A DNA stretch of 64,000 nt from Eledone cirrhosa (GCA_964016885.1 OZ024743.1:297042001-297106000), one strand, 5' to 3'; positions 1 to 11,604 are shown, counted from the stretch's first letter. A program made the numbers and translations. The notes: generated by a model from the letters alone, not told the origin.

Positions 1-98
1 CAAAACAAAAGCCAGTAGCTACAATAACTGAAAGGGTAAGAAGTTTGTCACATAACTAGGGAGTTCAAACCTTAGGGTCTGAATTCAGAAATATAATG

Positions 99-312
99 AT
101 TTCTAGTATAGGCATAAGGCCAGTAATTTGGGGGAGGGGAAAATCGATTAAATCGATCCCAATATGCTACTGGTGCTTTATTTTATCGACCCCGATAGGA
201 TGAAAGGCAAAGTTAACCTTGGCAGGATTGAACTCAGACAGTAAAGGACCGTAACTCTATGCTGCAAAGCATGGTGTCTGACTTTCTACCGATACTTCTA
301 ATCCATCGTCTT
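99..312 (-). mobile_element. SINE family B (tRNA-like head, Meta-domain-like core)
   Basis: Revcomp has B-box-like gagttcaatcc and core ttaactttgcctttcatcc..gggtcgataaaataaag. Flanked by ~19-bp direct repeat tgaattcagaaatataatg (80-98, 313-331), read as TSD. The domain name is from memory. Confidence 0.8.
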
Positions 313-797
313 TGAATTCAGAAATATAATGTTTTACATCCATTTACCCTCAAGCTAGCAGGGGACATGATGTACAACAACTTATTCTTCACCTCCAACC
401 TTGTTGCTTCAGCCACAAACCCAGGCTCTGCTGCCCACAATCCAGAGGAGAGGAAGATAGTGACATACTGGGGCCTGACTGACCACTTCCTCTTTGCACT
501 GGTCTTCATTTATACCTCTAGTGTCCTGGGTCCCTACACTGCTGACCCCCCGGAAAGTTGGACAGATGGTGGCTCGCTTGAGGAAGGAGTCCCATGAGGT
601 GGGATGGCTGTTGTGGATGACTTTGGACATTCTCTGTAGTAACGCCTTTGCCATTTTGTCCACAAGCATGGCTGAGGCACCTCTCAGACATAGGTCTGTC
701 CCTCCTCCTCTCGCTTTCTTTCGTTGCTTGATCCTTTACTTTGATCCTTTTCTTTTTCTTCTTTACATTTCCTTTTTTTCTTCCATTTTTGTTCCCT

Positions 798-1013
798 TTA
801 ACCTCTTCAGTGCCGTAGACAAGATAACTCATCTTAACATGTTTGAATTCCTTTCCAATAGTTTATAACTTCAAAGCTAGATGGGGTTTCTAGTTTATTG
901 ATGTGATGTTTGTCAATCATTCACATATGTATTGTTAATAAATGTTTTACTGAAGAAAATCTCGGCACAGCAACTGTAGCTGTGTAAAATATACGCGACA
1001 GTCAACGGGTTAA
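798..1013. mobile_element. piggyBac-like MITE
   Basis: TTAA at both ends; imperfect TIRs cctcttcagtgccg / cgacagtcaacggg; non-coding. Confidence 0.55.
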
Positions 1014-1530
1014 TAATGTGTTTTCTTTTTATTAGATACTGCTTGACTATTTTTATATAAATTTTCTTTGATTAAATGGTCAATTTTTTTACAAAAAAAA
1101 AAAAAAAAAAGGAAAAGACAAATTAGATTGGATGAGACATTTTGAGGTAGTATTTCTACAGCTGGATGCTCTTCCTGACACCAACCCATACTTTATTTAC
1201 AATTATGGTATATACCATTCATCTTTGCTGAATTGGAGTATGAGCTGTTTATGCAGAACGTAAACAAATGTCACTGGTTACTTTAAGCATCGTCAATATG
1301 AAGATGCATGTGATAAACTGATGCATATGCAAACACATGCACACACACTCAAACATACACATACACATATATATGTGTGTGCGTGTGTTTGTATATGCAT
1401 CAGTTTGTTTGGAAAATGGTGTAATAAAAAACCTTGTATGACACAACTTCTCCCTTGATTTGAGTGCTCTACCAACTTAAGATATTTATTATGAAATTCA
1501 ACTACCCTCTCTCTATATATAGGTATATAT

Positions 1531-1841
1531 CATCATCATCATCATCATCACCATTTTACGTCCATTTTTCCACGTTAGTATGGGTTAGATGAGTTGTCCT
1601 ATTGTGGGCTCTGCTAGGTCAGATGTCCATGTCTTGCTCATACAGGACTGATTTTGGCTTGGTTTCTACAGTTGGATGTCCTTCCTAACGCCAATTTCAT
1701 TTACAGTGAGTACTGGGTGTTTTTTGTCATGATGCCTACACGACCATCTTATAGTGTGGGCTGGGAGCTTTTTGTCGTAACATCTACATGACCACTTTAG
1801 AGTGTGGGCTGGGTGTTTTTAGTCATGACACCTACACAACC

Positions 1842-1846
<5 letters not shown>
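1531..1846 (-). mobile_element. RTE LINE 3' UTR fragment
   Basis: (CAT)n tail, ccacgttagtatgggttag terminus, ctacagttggatgtccttcctaac motif and ~40-bp subrepeats shared with the RTE 3' UTR at 10461-10852. Confidence 0.8.
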
Positions 1847-1901
<55 letters not shown>

Positions 1902-1911
1902 AACAAGTAAG

Positions 1912-2006
1912 ACCCCGACGGCTGAGCTCAAGCCGTTTCGACGGCTAATTCTGTACTGAATGAAAAATTAATTCTGGTATTTAAATAGCCGAACTTATCA
2001 AGGGGT
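1912..2006 (-). ncRNA. Type I hammerhead ribozyme-like motif (family 1, U3-A8 core), inverted copy
   Basis: Reverse complement of 4894-4988. Confidence 0.7.
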
Positions 2007-2807
2007 AATTCCATATATGGTCAAAGAGATAATCACCAGGATTGGTCACATCACAAGTTAGTAGTAAATCTGTGATGGCAAGTTGGTGGGGGAAGGGGTA
2101 GCTAAACCTGCCAGTAGGAGAAAAGGGGAGAGGGGGTGGAGTAGACCCATTCATGCTTTGGTAGTGCCAGCTACAGCTGGGTGTGAGGTCAAAGAGGATA
2201 CTGGGGAGGGGGAGGGGGAGGAGGTCGAAACAGTAAGTAAAACAATGGAAGGTAAAACTGTAAAAGGTACTGAGAGAGAAAAAAAATATAAGCAAAATCT
2301 GGTTACTAAGACTTAAGTCTCTCGCTATTGCTAGGCTGAAGAAATACATAAATAAATAAATAAACAAACAAATAAGTGAATAAAAGAATAGATAAATAAA
2401 TTTTAAAAAATATATATATATATATATAATGTAGAATAAAAAAATAAATGATAATAATAGAAAAAAACTAGGTGGGACGGAAATAAAGGGACCCTTATAC
2501 GAGGTATAAGTGCGTGTATCGTACGGTGACGGGTCAACAAAAGGGGGGCCAGAATACTAAAGAGACTACCACGAAAATAATAAAGGTTTCTACCCCAAAC
2601 ACAGGGCCAGCAACCACCCAGTGCAAGAAAGTAAACTAGTACGAGAATATAATTCAGGGTCCCGCAAAAAAATACTGGTGCTAACTCTAAGGGTACCGCC
2701 ACGAAACAAAAGGTCTTATACAAGCTACATGAAAGATCGTACGAAGTAAAAGTAAAGAACGGAAAATTAATACAGTACCCCCCCCCCCCCCCCCCCCCGC
2801 AAAAAAA

Positions 2808-3671
2808 AACATCTCCCTCCGTATATCCCGTTTGTCAGCTAATGAAAAGATATTCGATGAACATGCGCCTTACTACAACCAGGCCCTCAAGCGGAGTGGT
2901 TTCCGGGAGGAAATATCTTACTGTCCAGCTCCCATTAGCGGAACCAGCAGGCGACATCGCCGCTCACGCAATGTAACATGGTTCAATCCTCCCCACAATG
3001 CTGAGGTGACAACTCCCATCGGGAAAATTTTCTTTAGGCTCATTGAAAAACACTTCCCACCACAACACCGCTACCACAACATAATTAACAAAAATACCAT
3101 CAAACTCTCTTACAGCACTACACCTAACTTCGCACAAAACATCGTCTCCTCCAACAACAAAAACCTCAACCCCGATGGAACAAACAATCTAAATAGCAGT
3201 GGAGAGCCGACCAGGAGGTGCAACTGTCCTGATAGATCCAGTTGCCCCCTCGACAACAGATGCAGAGACCGTAATGTGATCTACCAGTGCAACGTGAGCA
3301 CGGACACCTCCAACAAAGCTTATATAGGATTAACCGCATGTGACTTCAAGACCCGGCTATACCAACACTGACATACCTTCCGAAACCCGGCCCGGCGTCA
3401 CGCCACTACACTTTCGGGCCACATACGGGACCTCAAGGACAACAACATCAACTATGATCTCACTTGGAAATTACTGTCCAGAGCCAACTCTTACACGGGA
3501 GGACGCCGTCCGTGCAATTTATGCTCGGAGGAAACATTACAAATGCTGTTTTCGACGGACCAACTCCTAAACAAGAAAGATGAACTGGTTACTGCATGTA
3601 AACACCGATTACGTAGGACTTACCTCGCCCTCAAACCCCATAATGACCCGCGGGGGGGGGGGGGGGGGTAG
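2808..3671 (+). pseudogene. PLE ORF C-terminus (RT thumb/linker, Cys motif, GIY-YIG endonuclease) with one in-frame stop
   Basis: WFNPP...KLSYS...CNC-x5-CP...VIYQC...AYIGLT..FKTR; after TGA at 3369 the frame continues HTFRN...LTWKLL...CNLC.EE...LLNKKDELVTACKH to TAG 3669. Confidence 0.9.
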
Positions 3672-4893
3672 CCTAGGGCTATAACACCCCACTTGCCTAT
3701 TTTGTAATGGGTAACCCCTGCTTGTCTATGGAGACGTAAGATCTTCTTTTACATTCTTTTATCGCTTCCTCTATATTTCCTCCTTCCCCCCATCCCTCCC
3801 TAGTCCTTCTATCCCAGTTCCCTTTCTTTGTCGTCGTCTCTTTCTCGCCCACCCGAGGTAGCCCATCGGTCCCTTGTAGCTTCAGCACCCCCACCCCCTC
3901 CCCTATTCTATGATAGATGTGGCTGACTCCGCTTTTTATAGCAGAGGTGTTAGACTTCGGATACTCGCCCCCTTCTCCGACCGCTGTCCCCCTTTTCCGT
4001 GCCTTCTATATTTCTTAGTGGCATCTTTGCTTTAATTTCTCGTTTATCCTGTATCTCTTTTTTCTTTTTCCCTTTTTTTGGGGGTGGGTGGGCGGTGGTG
4101 GTGGTGGTGGTGGTGGTGGGGGGGGGGTGTTCCTGTATTAATTTTCCGTTCTTTACTTTTACTTCGTACGATCTTTCATGTAGCTTGTATAAGACCTTTT
4201 GTTTCGTGGCGGTACCCTTAGAGTTAGCACCAGTATTTTTTTGCGGGACCCTGAATTATATTCTCGTACTAGTTTACTTTCTTGCACTGGGTGGTTGCTG
4301 GCCCTGTGTTTGGGGTAGAAACCTTTATTATTTTCGTGGTAGTCTCTTTAGTATTCTGGCCCCCCTTTTGTTGACCCGTCACCGTACGATACACGCACTT
4401 ATACCTCGTATAAGGGTCTCTTTATTTCCGTCCCACCTAGTTTTTTTCTATTATTATCATTTATTTTTTTATTCTACATTATATATATATATATTTTTTA
4501 AAATTTATTTATCTATTCTTTTATTCACTTATTTGTTTATTTATTTATTTATGTATTTCTTCAGCCTAGCAATAGCGAGAGACTTAAGTCTTAGTAACCA
4601 GATTTTGCTTATATTTTTTTTCTCTCTCAGTACCTTTTACAGTTTTACCTTTCATTGTTCTACTTACCGTTTCGACCTCCTCCCCCTCCCCCTCCCCAGT
4701 ATCCTCTTTGACCTCACACCCAGCTGTAGCTGGCACTACCAAAGCATGAATGGGTCTACTCCACCCCCTCTCCCCTTTTCTCCTACTGGCAGGTTTAGCT
4801 ACCCCTTCCCCCACCAACTTGCCATCACAGATTTACTACTAACTTGTGATGTGACCAATCCTGGTGATTATCTCTTTGACCATATATGGAATT

Positions 4894-4988
4894 ACCCCTT
4901 GATAAGTTCGGCTATTTAAATACCAGAATTAATTTTTCATTCAGTACAGAATTAGCCGTCGAAACGGCTTGAGCTCAGCCGTCGGGGT
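4894..4988 (+). ncRNA. Type I hammerhead ribozyme-like motif (family 1, U3-A8 core)
   Basis: acccc-TTGATAA-[cggcta..tagccg stem II]-GAAA-cggc ttgagctca gccg-TC-ggggt; all three helices form; predicted GUC cleavage after 4983. Confidence 0.75.
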
Positions 4989-5079
4989 CTTACTTATTCC
5001 TATTACCCACTCTACTACCCTAAGTATTGAGTACTTTGGTGCGTTATGGTCCACCTGGTTCCTTACCACATTTCCTTCG

Positions 5080-5114
<35 letters not shown>

Positions 5115-5118
<4 letters not shown>

Positions 5119-5354
5119 AAAGGTAAGCAGAAATAACAAAAATAACAAAACAAATGGCACAGTACATGGAAGAAATATATTAGTTTAATGCTTGAAATAG
5201 CAGAGAGTCTTAACGTTTCAGACACTAGTTCTTTATCAGAAGATAGAGTTAGAAGTAGAGGATAAATACAGTGATGGGATGAAGGAACAGGGAAAATGAG
5301 AAAATAAAACGTTTCGCGATCATATGGTGGTCAATTTGTGTTGTTTTGATTGGG
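5115..5354 (-). mobile_element. HHR-bearing PLE-type terminal module (family also at ~27295-27480, ~13850-13925 and ~61770-61880)
   Basis: Revcomp tctt-CTGATAA-aga actagtg tct-GAAA-cg-TT-aaga (about 5205-5238); the downstream sequence recurs in the other copies. Confidence 0.55.
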
Positions 5355-5374
5355 TATATATATATATATATATA

Positions 5375-5563
5375 CAGGAAAATGTTTAACCCCGACGGCA
5401 GAGCTCAAGCCGTTTCGATGGCTATTTCTGGAAATAGCTGTCGAAACGGCTTGAGCTCTGCTGTTGGGGTTAAACATATTCTTATTACCTACTCTACTAC
5501 CCTAAGTATTGAGTACTCTGGTGCGTTATGGTCTATCTTGTTCCTTACCATACCTCCTTCATT
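5375..5563 (+). mobile_element. Family-1 fold-back module (palindrome 5375-5487 plus tail)
   Basis: Imperfect palindrome centred at ~5429, followed by the family-1 tail; flanked by (TA)n. Confidence 0.8.
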
Positions 5564-5641
5564 ATATATATATATATATATATATATACCCAATCAAAAC
5601 AACACAAATTGACCACCGTATGAATGCGAATCGTCTCAGGC

Positions 5642-5686
<45 letters not shown>

Positions 5687-5734
5687 TATATATATATATA
5701 TATACACACCACACATATAGTATTTATTTTAGTA

Positions 5735-5868
5735 TTTATTTTATCGACCCCGTAAGGATGAAAGGCAAAGTCAACCTTGGCGGGATTTGAACTCAGATCG
5801 TAAAGGGACGTAACTATGCTGGAAAGCATGGCGACCGACCCTCTACCGATACTGCCAATCCACCGCCC
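5735..5868 (-). mobile_element. SINE family B, partial
   Basis: Matches 99-312 and 17655-17848. Confidence 0.75.
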
Positions 5869-6127
5869 TTTGTGTTGTAATAAATAATATGGCCATATTC
5901 TTGTTTTATCTTGTTATTCCCAAATCCATTGTTAAAAAGATTCTACACTGTCACAGTCTCACCTTCAGGATGTGAAGTGTTGTTGTCTTCTGAAATTGCT
6001 TTTTTTTAAATACAAAGCAAATGTGCTCAGTTATCCTGTGAGATATAGCAACCCCCAAAAGGACAGGGCACACTTGATGATGTAGTCTTAAAAAACTACA
6101 GGTACTGATGGCTAGAACTCCTTTGAC

Positions 6128-6264
6128 CTAAAGTCTGCTTAATCCTAGCTGGGTGTCAGTAACAACAAATACATCATGATCATCAAAATCATGAGGGCTG
6201 CCTTCATCCTCATCCTCTCCTTCATTATCATTTCTGCTATTTTCAACTTTGTCATCATCCTCAA
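6128..6264 (-). other. Candidate exon (acidic peptide EDDDKVENSRNDNEGEDEDEGSPHDFDDHDVFVVTDTQLGLSRL*)
   Basis: Acceptor cattcttatag precedes an open acidic frame ending in TAG; sequence is not repeated in the window. No homolog recognised. Confidence 0.35.
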
Positions 6265-7187
6265 CTATAAGAATGACAGACCACAGCAAGTTGCAACAAG
6301 AGAAACAGATCAATCATTTTCAGTTATGTTTAAATTGAACAGATGTTGTGAATAAAAAACAAGCCAGTCAGTTAAAGCTGTTAATATGTTAAACCCTGTG
6401 ATAATTCATATAAATTGCAAATTAAATGTAAAAATACAAATATGACGAAAGAAAGACATAGAAACAGTTGTTTAATGGAGAGGAAGTAATATCTAATCTA
6501 AAAGTGTTCTTTCATTAAAAAGCTTCTATTAATGATAGACTAATGACAAGTAGCATACACACATACATACTTAAGAGTGCTTCAGAAGTAACTTTTTCAC
6601 CCCACACACATACCTAAGAATGCTTCATGTTATTTCCATAGCATGACAACCAGTTATATAAAACAAGAAACTACACAGAAAAAAAGCAAAGTATAGCAAA
6701 ACAAAGCAAAACATAGCAAAACAAAGCAAAACAGCAAAACAAAGTAAAACAAAGTGAACCAAAGTAAAGATACAAAAGGAACAAGATCAAACTGTATTTT
6801 CCCAATAATTCATCATATTTACACAACACTTACTAATGTTTGTTTGTGATATTATAATTGTAATGCTAAAATAAGAAAGTACATATAAACTAAAGAAATA
6901 AGTTAAACATAAAGAAAAAAAGGAGGAAATGAGTGCGAAGACCATAAAATAATATATGACTGACAAATACCTGTATCGTAGAGAGGACATGCTGCGTTTG
7001 GTGAATTATGACAGCATTTATGGCCTCAATAACATGTTAAACAACAGGCTTCTTCAAATTAACTAATGTTAGAATAATTGATTTGTAAAGAGGGCAAAAC
7101 TGTATATATGTATATGCAAACACCCCCTGCACGCCTATCCATATATATATATATATACATGTATATAAATATATATATATATATATA

Positions 7188-7370
7188 ACAAAGGAATTGT
7201 GGTAACGAACCAGATGGACCATAACGCACCAGAGTACTCAATACTTAGGGTAGTAGAGTGGGAAATAGGAAAAAGCATGACCCCGACGGCAGAGCTCAAG
7301 CCGTCGAAACGGCTATTTCAGAAATAGCCGTCGAAACGGCTTGAGCTTTGTCGTCGGGGTCATACTTTTT

Positions 7371-7373
<3 letters not shown>
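7188..7373 (-). mobile_element. Family-1 fold-back module (tail 7188-7265, palindrome centred at ~7320)
   Basis: Same sequence family as 4950-5081; flanked by (TA)n. Confidence 0.8.
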
Positions 7374-7430
<57 letters not shown>

Positions 7431-7434
<4 letters not shown>

Positions 7435-10400
7435 GTACCATAAATGTAGGCACCCTAAAGGGTCGCGCTAACGAGGTTGTAGAAATGCTTGAACGTAAGG
7501 AGGTCGATGTTTGTTGTATTCAAGAGACCAGGTGGAGGGGTGGGTCTGCTAGGTTCATTGAGGGTAAAAAACGTTGTTATAAGCTTTTCTGGGTGGGAAA
7601 CGACGATGGGCTGGGTGGAGTAGGAATCATGGTAGCAGAAAAGTGGGCAGATAAGATAATAGACGTAAATAGAGTGAACGACAGAATAATTAAAATACGA
7701 CTTGTCCTCAATAGAACTACGGTGACAGTAATATCTGCGTACGCACCCCAATCCGGACTGCCCGGCACTATAAAAGACAGATTCTATGAGACACTGATGC
7801 TAACTACCTCCCAAATATCCGACAGTGACTATATAATTATCGCAGGCGACCTAAATGGTCACGTTGGACAACATTGTGACGGCTACGACGAAATCCATGG
7901 AGGCTATGGGTTTGGTACTAGAAATGAGGAAGGCTCCAGAATCCTGGAATTCTGTGATGCAAATAACCTAACTATCTGTAACACTAACTTCAAAAAACGT
8001 GACAATCACCTGATCACCTATAGATCCGGGGAACACACAAGCCAGGTAGATTATATCCTTACCAGAAGACGTGACAGAGTGTCTGTTGTTAACACTAAAT
8101 CCCTCCCCCATGAAGAATGCACCTCCCAACATAGACTGATAATTAGCGACCTCATAGTCAGGACGAGACGTACTCGACAACAGAAGAGGACTATCCTCAG
8201 GAGGAAAATATGGAAGCTAAAGGACCCCACAGCCAGGAATAAATTTCAAAGCATATTACTTGATGCTTTCGACAGTAAGGAAGAACATTTAGAGTCGGAC
8301 AATATAGAGGGAGAGTGGGAATTTCTGAAAGCAAACCTGCTGTTGGCGACAGACGAGGTCTGTGGCTGGAGCAGGCCTGTAGGCAGGAGGAGAGTAACAT
8401 GGTGGTGGAACAGTAAGGTGGAGGGGTCAATTAAGGCCAAAAAGCAGGCTTGGAAAGTATGGCGGGATGGGGGAAGTAGAGAGGACTATCAAGTGGCCAG
8501 GAGGGAAGCTAGGAGACAAGTGTACTTAGCAAGAAGGGAAGCTGAGGAAAGAAAGTTCAAGCATGTTCTACAACGCGATGACCAAAAACGTGAGGTGTTC
8601 AGGATTGCTAGGCAATGCGTCAAGGAAAACCGTGATATTGTCGGGGAGAAGTGTGTACTAAACGACGATGGCACACTTGCCATCACCGACGCTGATAAGA
8701 AGGTAGCTTGGAAGTGTCACTATGAAAGGCTTCTAAATGAGGAGAATAATTGGGAGAAAGGCAGTCTCCCCCATATCGACCCAATAGAGGGACCAGCAGT
8801 GTTAGTCGAGGGGAGTATAATAAGTAAGGCAATCAAGGATATGAAGACTGGTAAGGCGGCTGGGCCTTCGGAAATAGTTGCTGAGATGCTGAAGGCATCT
8901 GGCACGGTGGGACACACCATGGTCACCCGCATAGTTAACCAAGTCGTACAAAACGGGGTTGTTCCGAAGGACTGGCATAGCAGCATCATCGTTAACTGTT
9001 ATAAGGGTAAAGGAGACGCCCTAGATAGGAGTAACTATAGAGGCATTAAATTAATCGACCAGGTCATGAAGGTCACGGAAAGAGTAATAGCGCAACTAAT
9101 CAGAGAGAGAATTGACCTAGATGAAATGCAGTTCGGGTTTGTGTCAGGCAAAAGTACCACAGACGCTCTTTTCATAGTACGACAACTACAAGAGAAGTAC
9201 CTAGCTAAAGGTAAACCCCTCTACTTAGCTTTTGTCGACTTGGAGAAAGCCTTCGACAGAGTCCCCCGCTCCATTATCTGGTGGGCTCTTAGAAAACTAG
9301 GCGTTGACGAATGGCTTGTGAGGGCTATACAAGCCATGTATAAAGAAACAGTCAGCAAGGTTAGAATTAACAACGAATATAGTGAAGAGTTTAGCGTAAA
9401 AGTCGGCGTCCATCAGGGCTCTGTTCTCAGTCCACTACTATTTATTATTGCCCTTCAGGCCATAACAGAGGAGTTCAAGACAGGCTGCCCATGGGAACTC
9501 CTATACGCAGACGACCTGACACTCATAGCGGAATCAATGGCCGAGCTAGAGAAGAAATTCCAAACATGGAAGCACGGCCTAGAGTCAAAAGGACTTAAAA
9601 TTAACCTGGCTAAGACCAAAGTACTAGTTTGTAGGAAAGAAAACAAGGCGGCGGTCCCTTCTGGGAAATGGTCGTGCTCGGTGTGTAGGAAAGGCGTAGG
9701 TAGAAACTCCATTTTATGTCCTAAATGCAAAGTATGGGTGCATAAAAGATGTAGTGGGATCACAGGTAGGCTAACTAAGAACATAGATTTTACATGTGGC
9801 CGGTGCTCTGGTGCAATAAGTAGCAGCAAGTGCCCACAAACTACTAGCTCTTTCAATTGCGCAGAGGGTTCTATAGAAATAGTGGACAGCTTCCGTTACC
9901 TGGGCGATAAAATCAGCAGTGGGGGAGGGTGCTCTGAAAGTACTGTAGCTAGAGTCAGAACTGGTTGGAAAAAGTTCAGAGAGCTTATACCACTATTAGC
10001 TGCTAAAGGGTTCTCACTAAAAATGAAAGGCAGGTTGTACGATGCCTGCATACGAACAGCAATGCTGCATGGCAGTGAGACCTGGGCATTGTGTGCAGAG
10101 GATATACGCAGACTAGAGAGGAACGAAGCTTGCATGCTCCGCTGGATGTGTAACAGTAATATACGTGAACGGCAAAGCATAAACGAACTAAGGAATAAAT
10201 TAGAGATAAGAGGGATCAGATGTTGTCTACTCGAGAGAAGGCTACGTTGGTATGGACACGTGATGCGCATGAAAGTCGATAGCTGTATAACAAAGTGCAG
10301 GGCAATAAAGATAGACGGTAGTCACGGAATAGGCAGACCTAGAAAAACCTGGGACGAGCTGATAAACTCCGACATCACACACTTACACCTCTCCAAGACA

Positions 10401-10460
10401 ATGTCACTGGACCGAGACCTTTGGCGGTACTCAGTAACAGAGAAGACCCGCCTTACCTAA
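7431..10460 (+). CDS. RTE ORF: APE endonuclease + reverse transcriptase + PHD finger
   Basis: GTINV..L, IQETRW, AYAPQ, GDLNGH, QVDYI, SQHRL (APE); NYRGIKL, QFGF, FVDLEKAFD, GVHQGSVLSPLLF, YADD, FRYLG (RT); RRLRWYGHVMR, GRPRKTW (RTE C-terminus). No stops. The ORF-track N-terminus (7341-7430) is a (TA)n artefact. Confidence 0.93.
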
Positions 10461-10848
10461 ATATATAGTAAAACCTACTCCAGCCAGTAGGCATCTCTAA
10501 CAAATACACCCCGTCCCACCACCCCCACCCGATCCACACCACCCCGTTCTATGTAAAGTTATGTTGGTGCCGCGCCATCGAGGCCGAAACAAATGAGATC
10601 GTGTAGGTGTCACGACAAAAAAACACACAGTCCACGCTGTAATGTGGCCGTGTAGGCAACACGGTAAAAACCTCCCAGACCCACACTGTAAATGTGGTTG
10701 GTGTTAGGAAGGGCATCCAACTGTAGAAAACCTGCCAGACAGTCCTATGCGAGCAAGACAATCACTCTTGCCTCAAGTGGGACTACCCCCGTCCAAACCC
10801 ATGCAAGCGTGGAACACGGACGTTAAACGTTGATGATGATGATGATGA

Positions 10849-10852
<4 letters not shown>
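7431..10852 (+). mobile_element. RTE-clade LINE, near full length (5' UTR missing)
   Basis: Single long ORF, 3' UTR with ~40-bp subrepeats, (GAT)n tail; both ends abut (TA)n. Confidence 0.95.
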
Positions 10853-10894
<42 letters not shown>

Positions 10895-10898
<4 letters not shown>

Positions 10899-11192
10899 CG
10901 TTTCTGAATTTGTTTAGCAAGATTCTTTGTCTGAAAACGTGTGTTGAAACCGATATTGTTATACTTTGGGAGGGTCATGTTGCCAATAAGAAACACACGC
11001 ACCAGTTGCTTTCACTTCAATTTATCATAATAAATTTATAAATTTAGGAATTTATAAATTTCCGGTTGGTTGGTTGGTTCCACAACCAGATGATTGTTTA
11101 TATATTGTCAAAGTTCTTTCGTCACACATTCTGTGACCTCTTCAGTGACTTGGGATTCTTTTCTTTGTTTTTGTGCCTCTCCTTTGTTCTGT

Positions 11193-11195
<3 letters not shown>
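10895..11195 (-). mobile_element. PLE family-2 terminal repeat with HHR at 11107-11149
   Basis: Revcomp gtca-CTGAAGA-ggtcac agaatgt gtgac-GAAA-gaac-TT-tgac; near-identical to 12575-12820. Confidence 0.75.
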
Positions 11196-11279
<84 letters not shown>

Positions 11280-11282
<3 letters not shown>

Positions 11283-11604
11283 GCACATGGCTTAGTGGTT
11301 AGAGCATTGGCCTTGCAATCCAAAGGTTGTGAGACCGGCTGATGTGTTGTTTCTTTGAGCAAGACACTTTATTTCACATTGCTCCAGTTTACTCAGCTGT
11401 AGAAATGAGATCATAGGGACTGGGGTCCCTATCATTCCACTGCAAAGTGGTCGTGGAGGTGCTATGGCAAAAAAGCACCCACCACTCACTGTAAATGAGG
11501 TTGGTGTTAGGAAGGGCATCCAGCTGTAGAAATCAAGCCAGAATCAGTTCCCGTCCCACCCTTGCAAGCAGGGAAAAAGCGGACGTTAAATGAAATGAAT
11601 GAAT
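11280..11604 (+). mobile_element. CORE-type SINE (tRNA head, MIR-like core, RTE-derived tail)
   Basis: A-box tggcttagtgg; core ttgagcaagacacttt...ccagtttactcagctgtagaaatgag resembles the MIR CORE domain; tail ggaagggcatccagctgtagaaa is shared with the RTE 3' UTR. Confidence 0.85.

Larger units (their letters stand above)
1900..5081 (+). mobile_element. 5'-truncated Penelope-like element with ~0.9-kb inverted terminal duplication, inserted in (TA)n
   Basis: 1900-~2780 is the near-identical reverse complement of ~4130-5003. GIY-YIG coding region lies between them. An extra ~80-nt tail (5004-5081) is present only on the right. (TA)n on both sides. Confidence 0.9.

Noticed and set aside
318-868. 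Overlapping short ORFs in a GC-richer patch
   Set aside because: No recognisable motif or splice structure; probably an old repeat fragment.
3369-3371. In-frame TGA as selenocysteine (known in some PLEs)
   Set aside because: The position is not a Cys-type site; CGA>TGA decay is simpler; no SECIS identified.
3999-4919. 306-aa hydrophobic ORF (and mirrors at 1981-2723)
   Set aside because: Arises from T-rich PLE terminal-repeat sequence; frameshifted in the mirror copy.
11066-11362. Poly-YI ORFs here and across the window
   Set aside because: Translations of (TA)n microsatellites.
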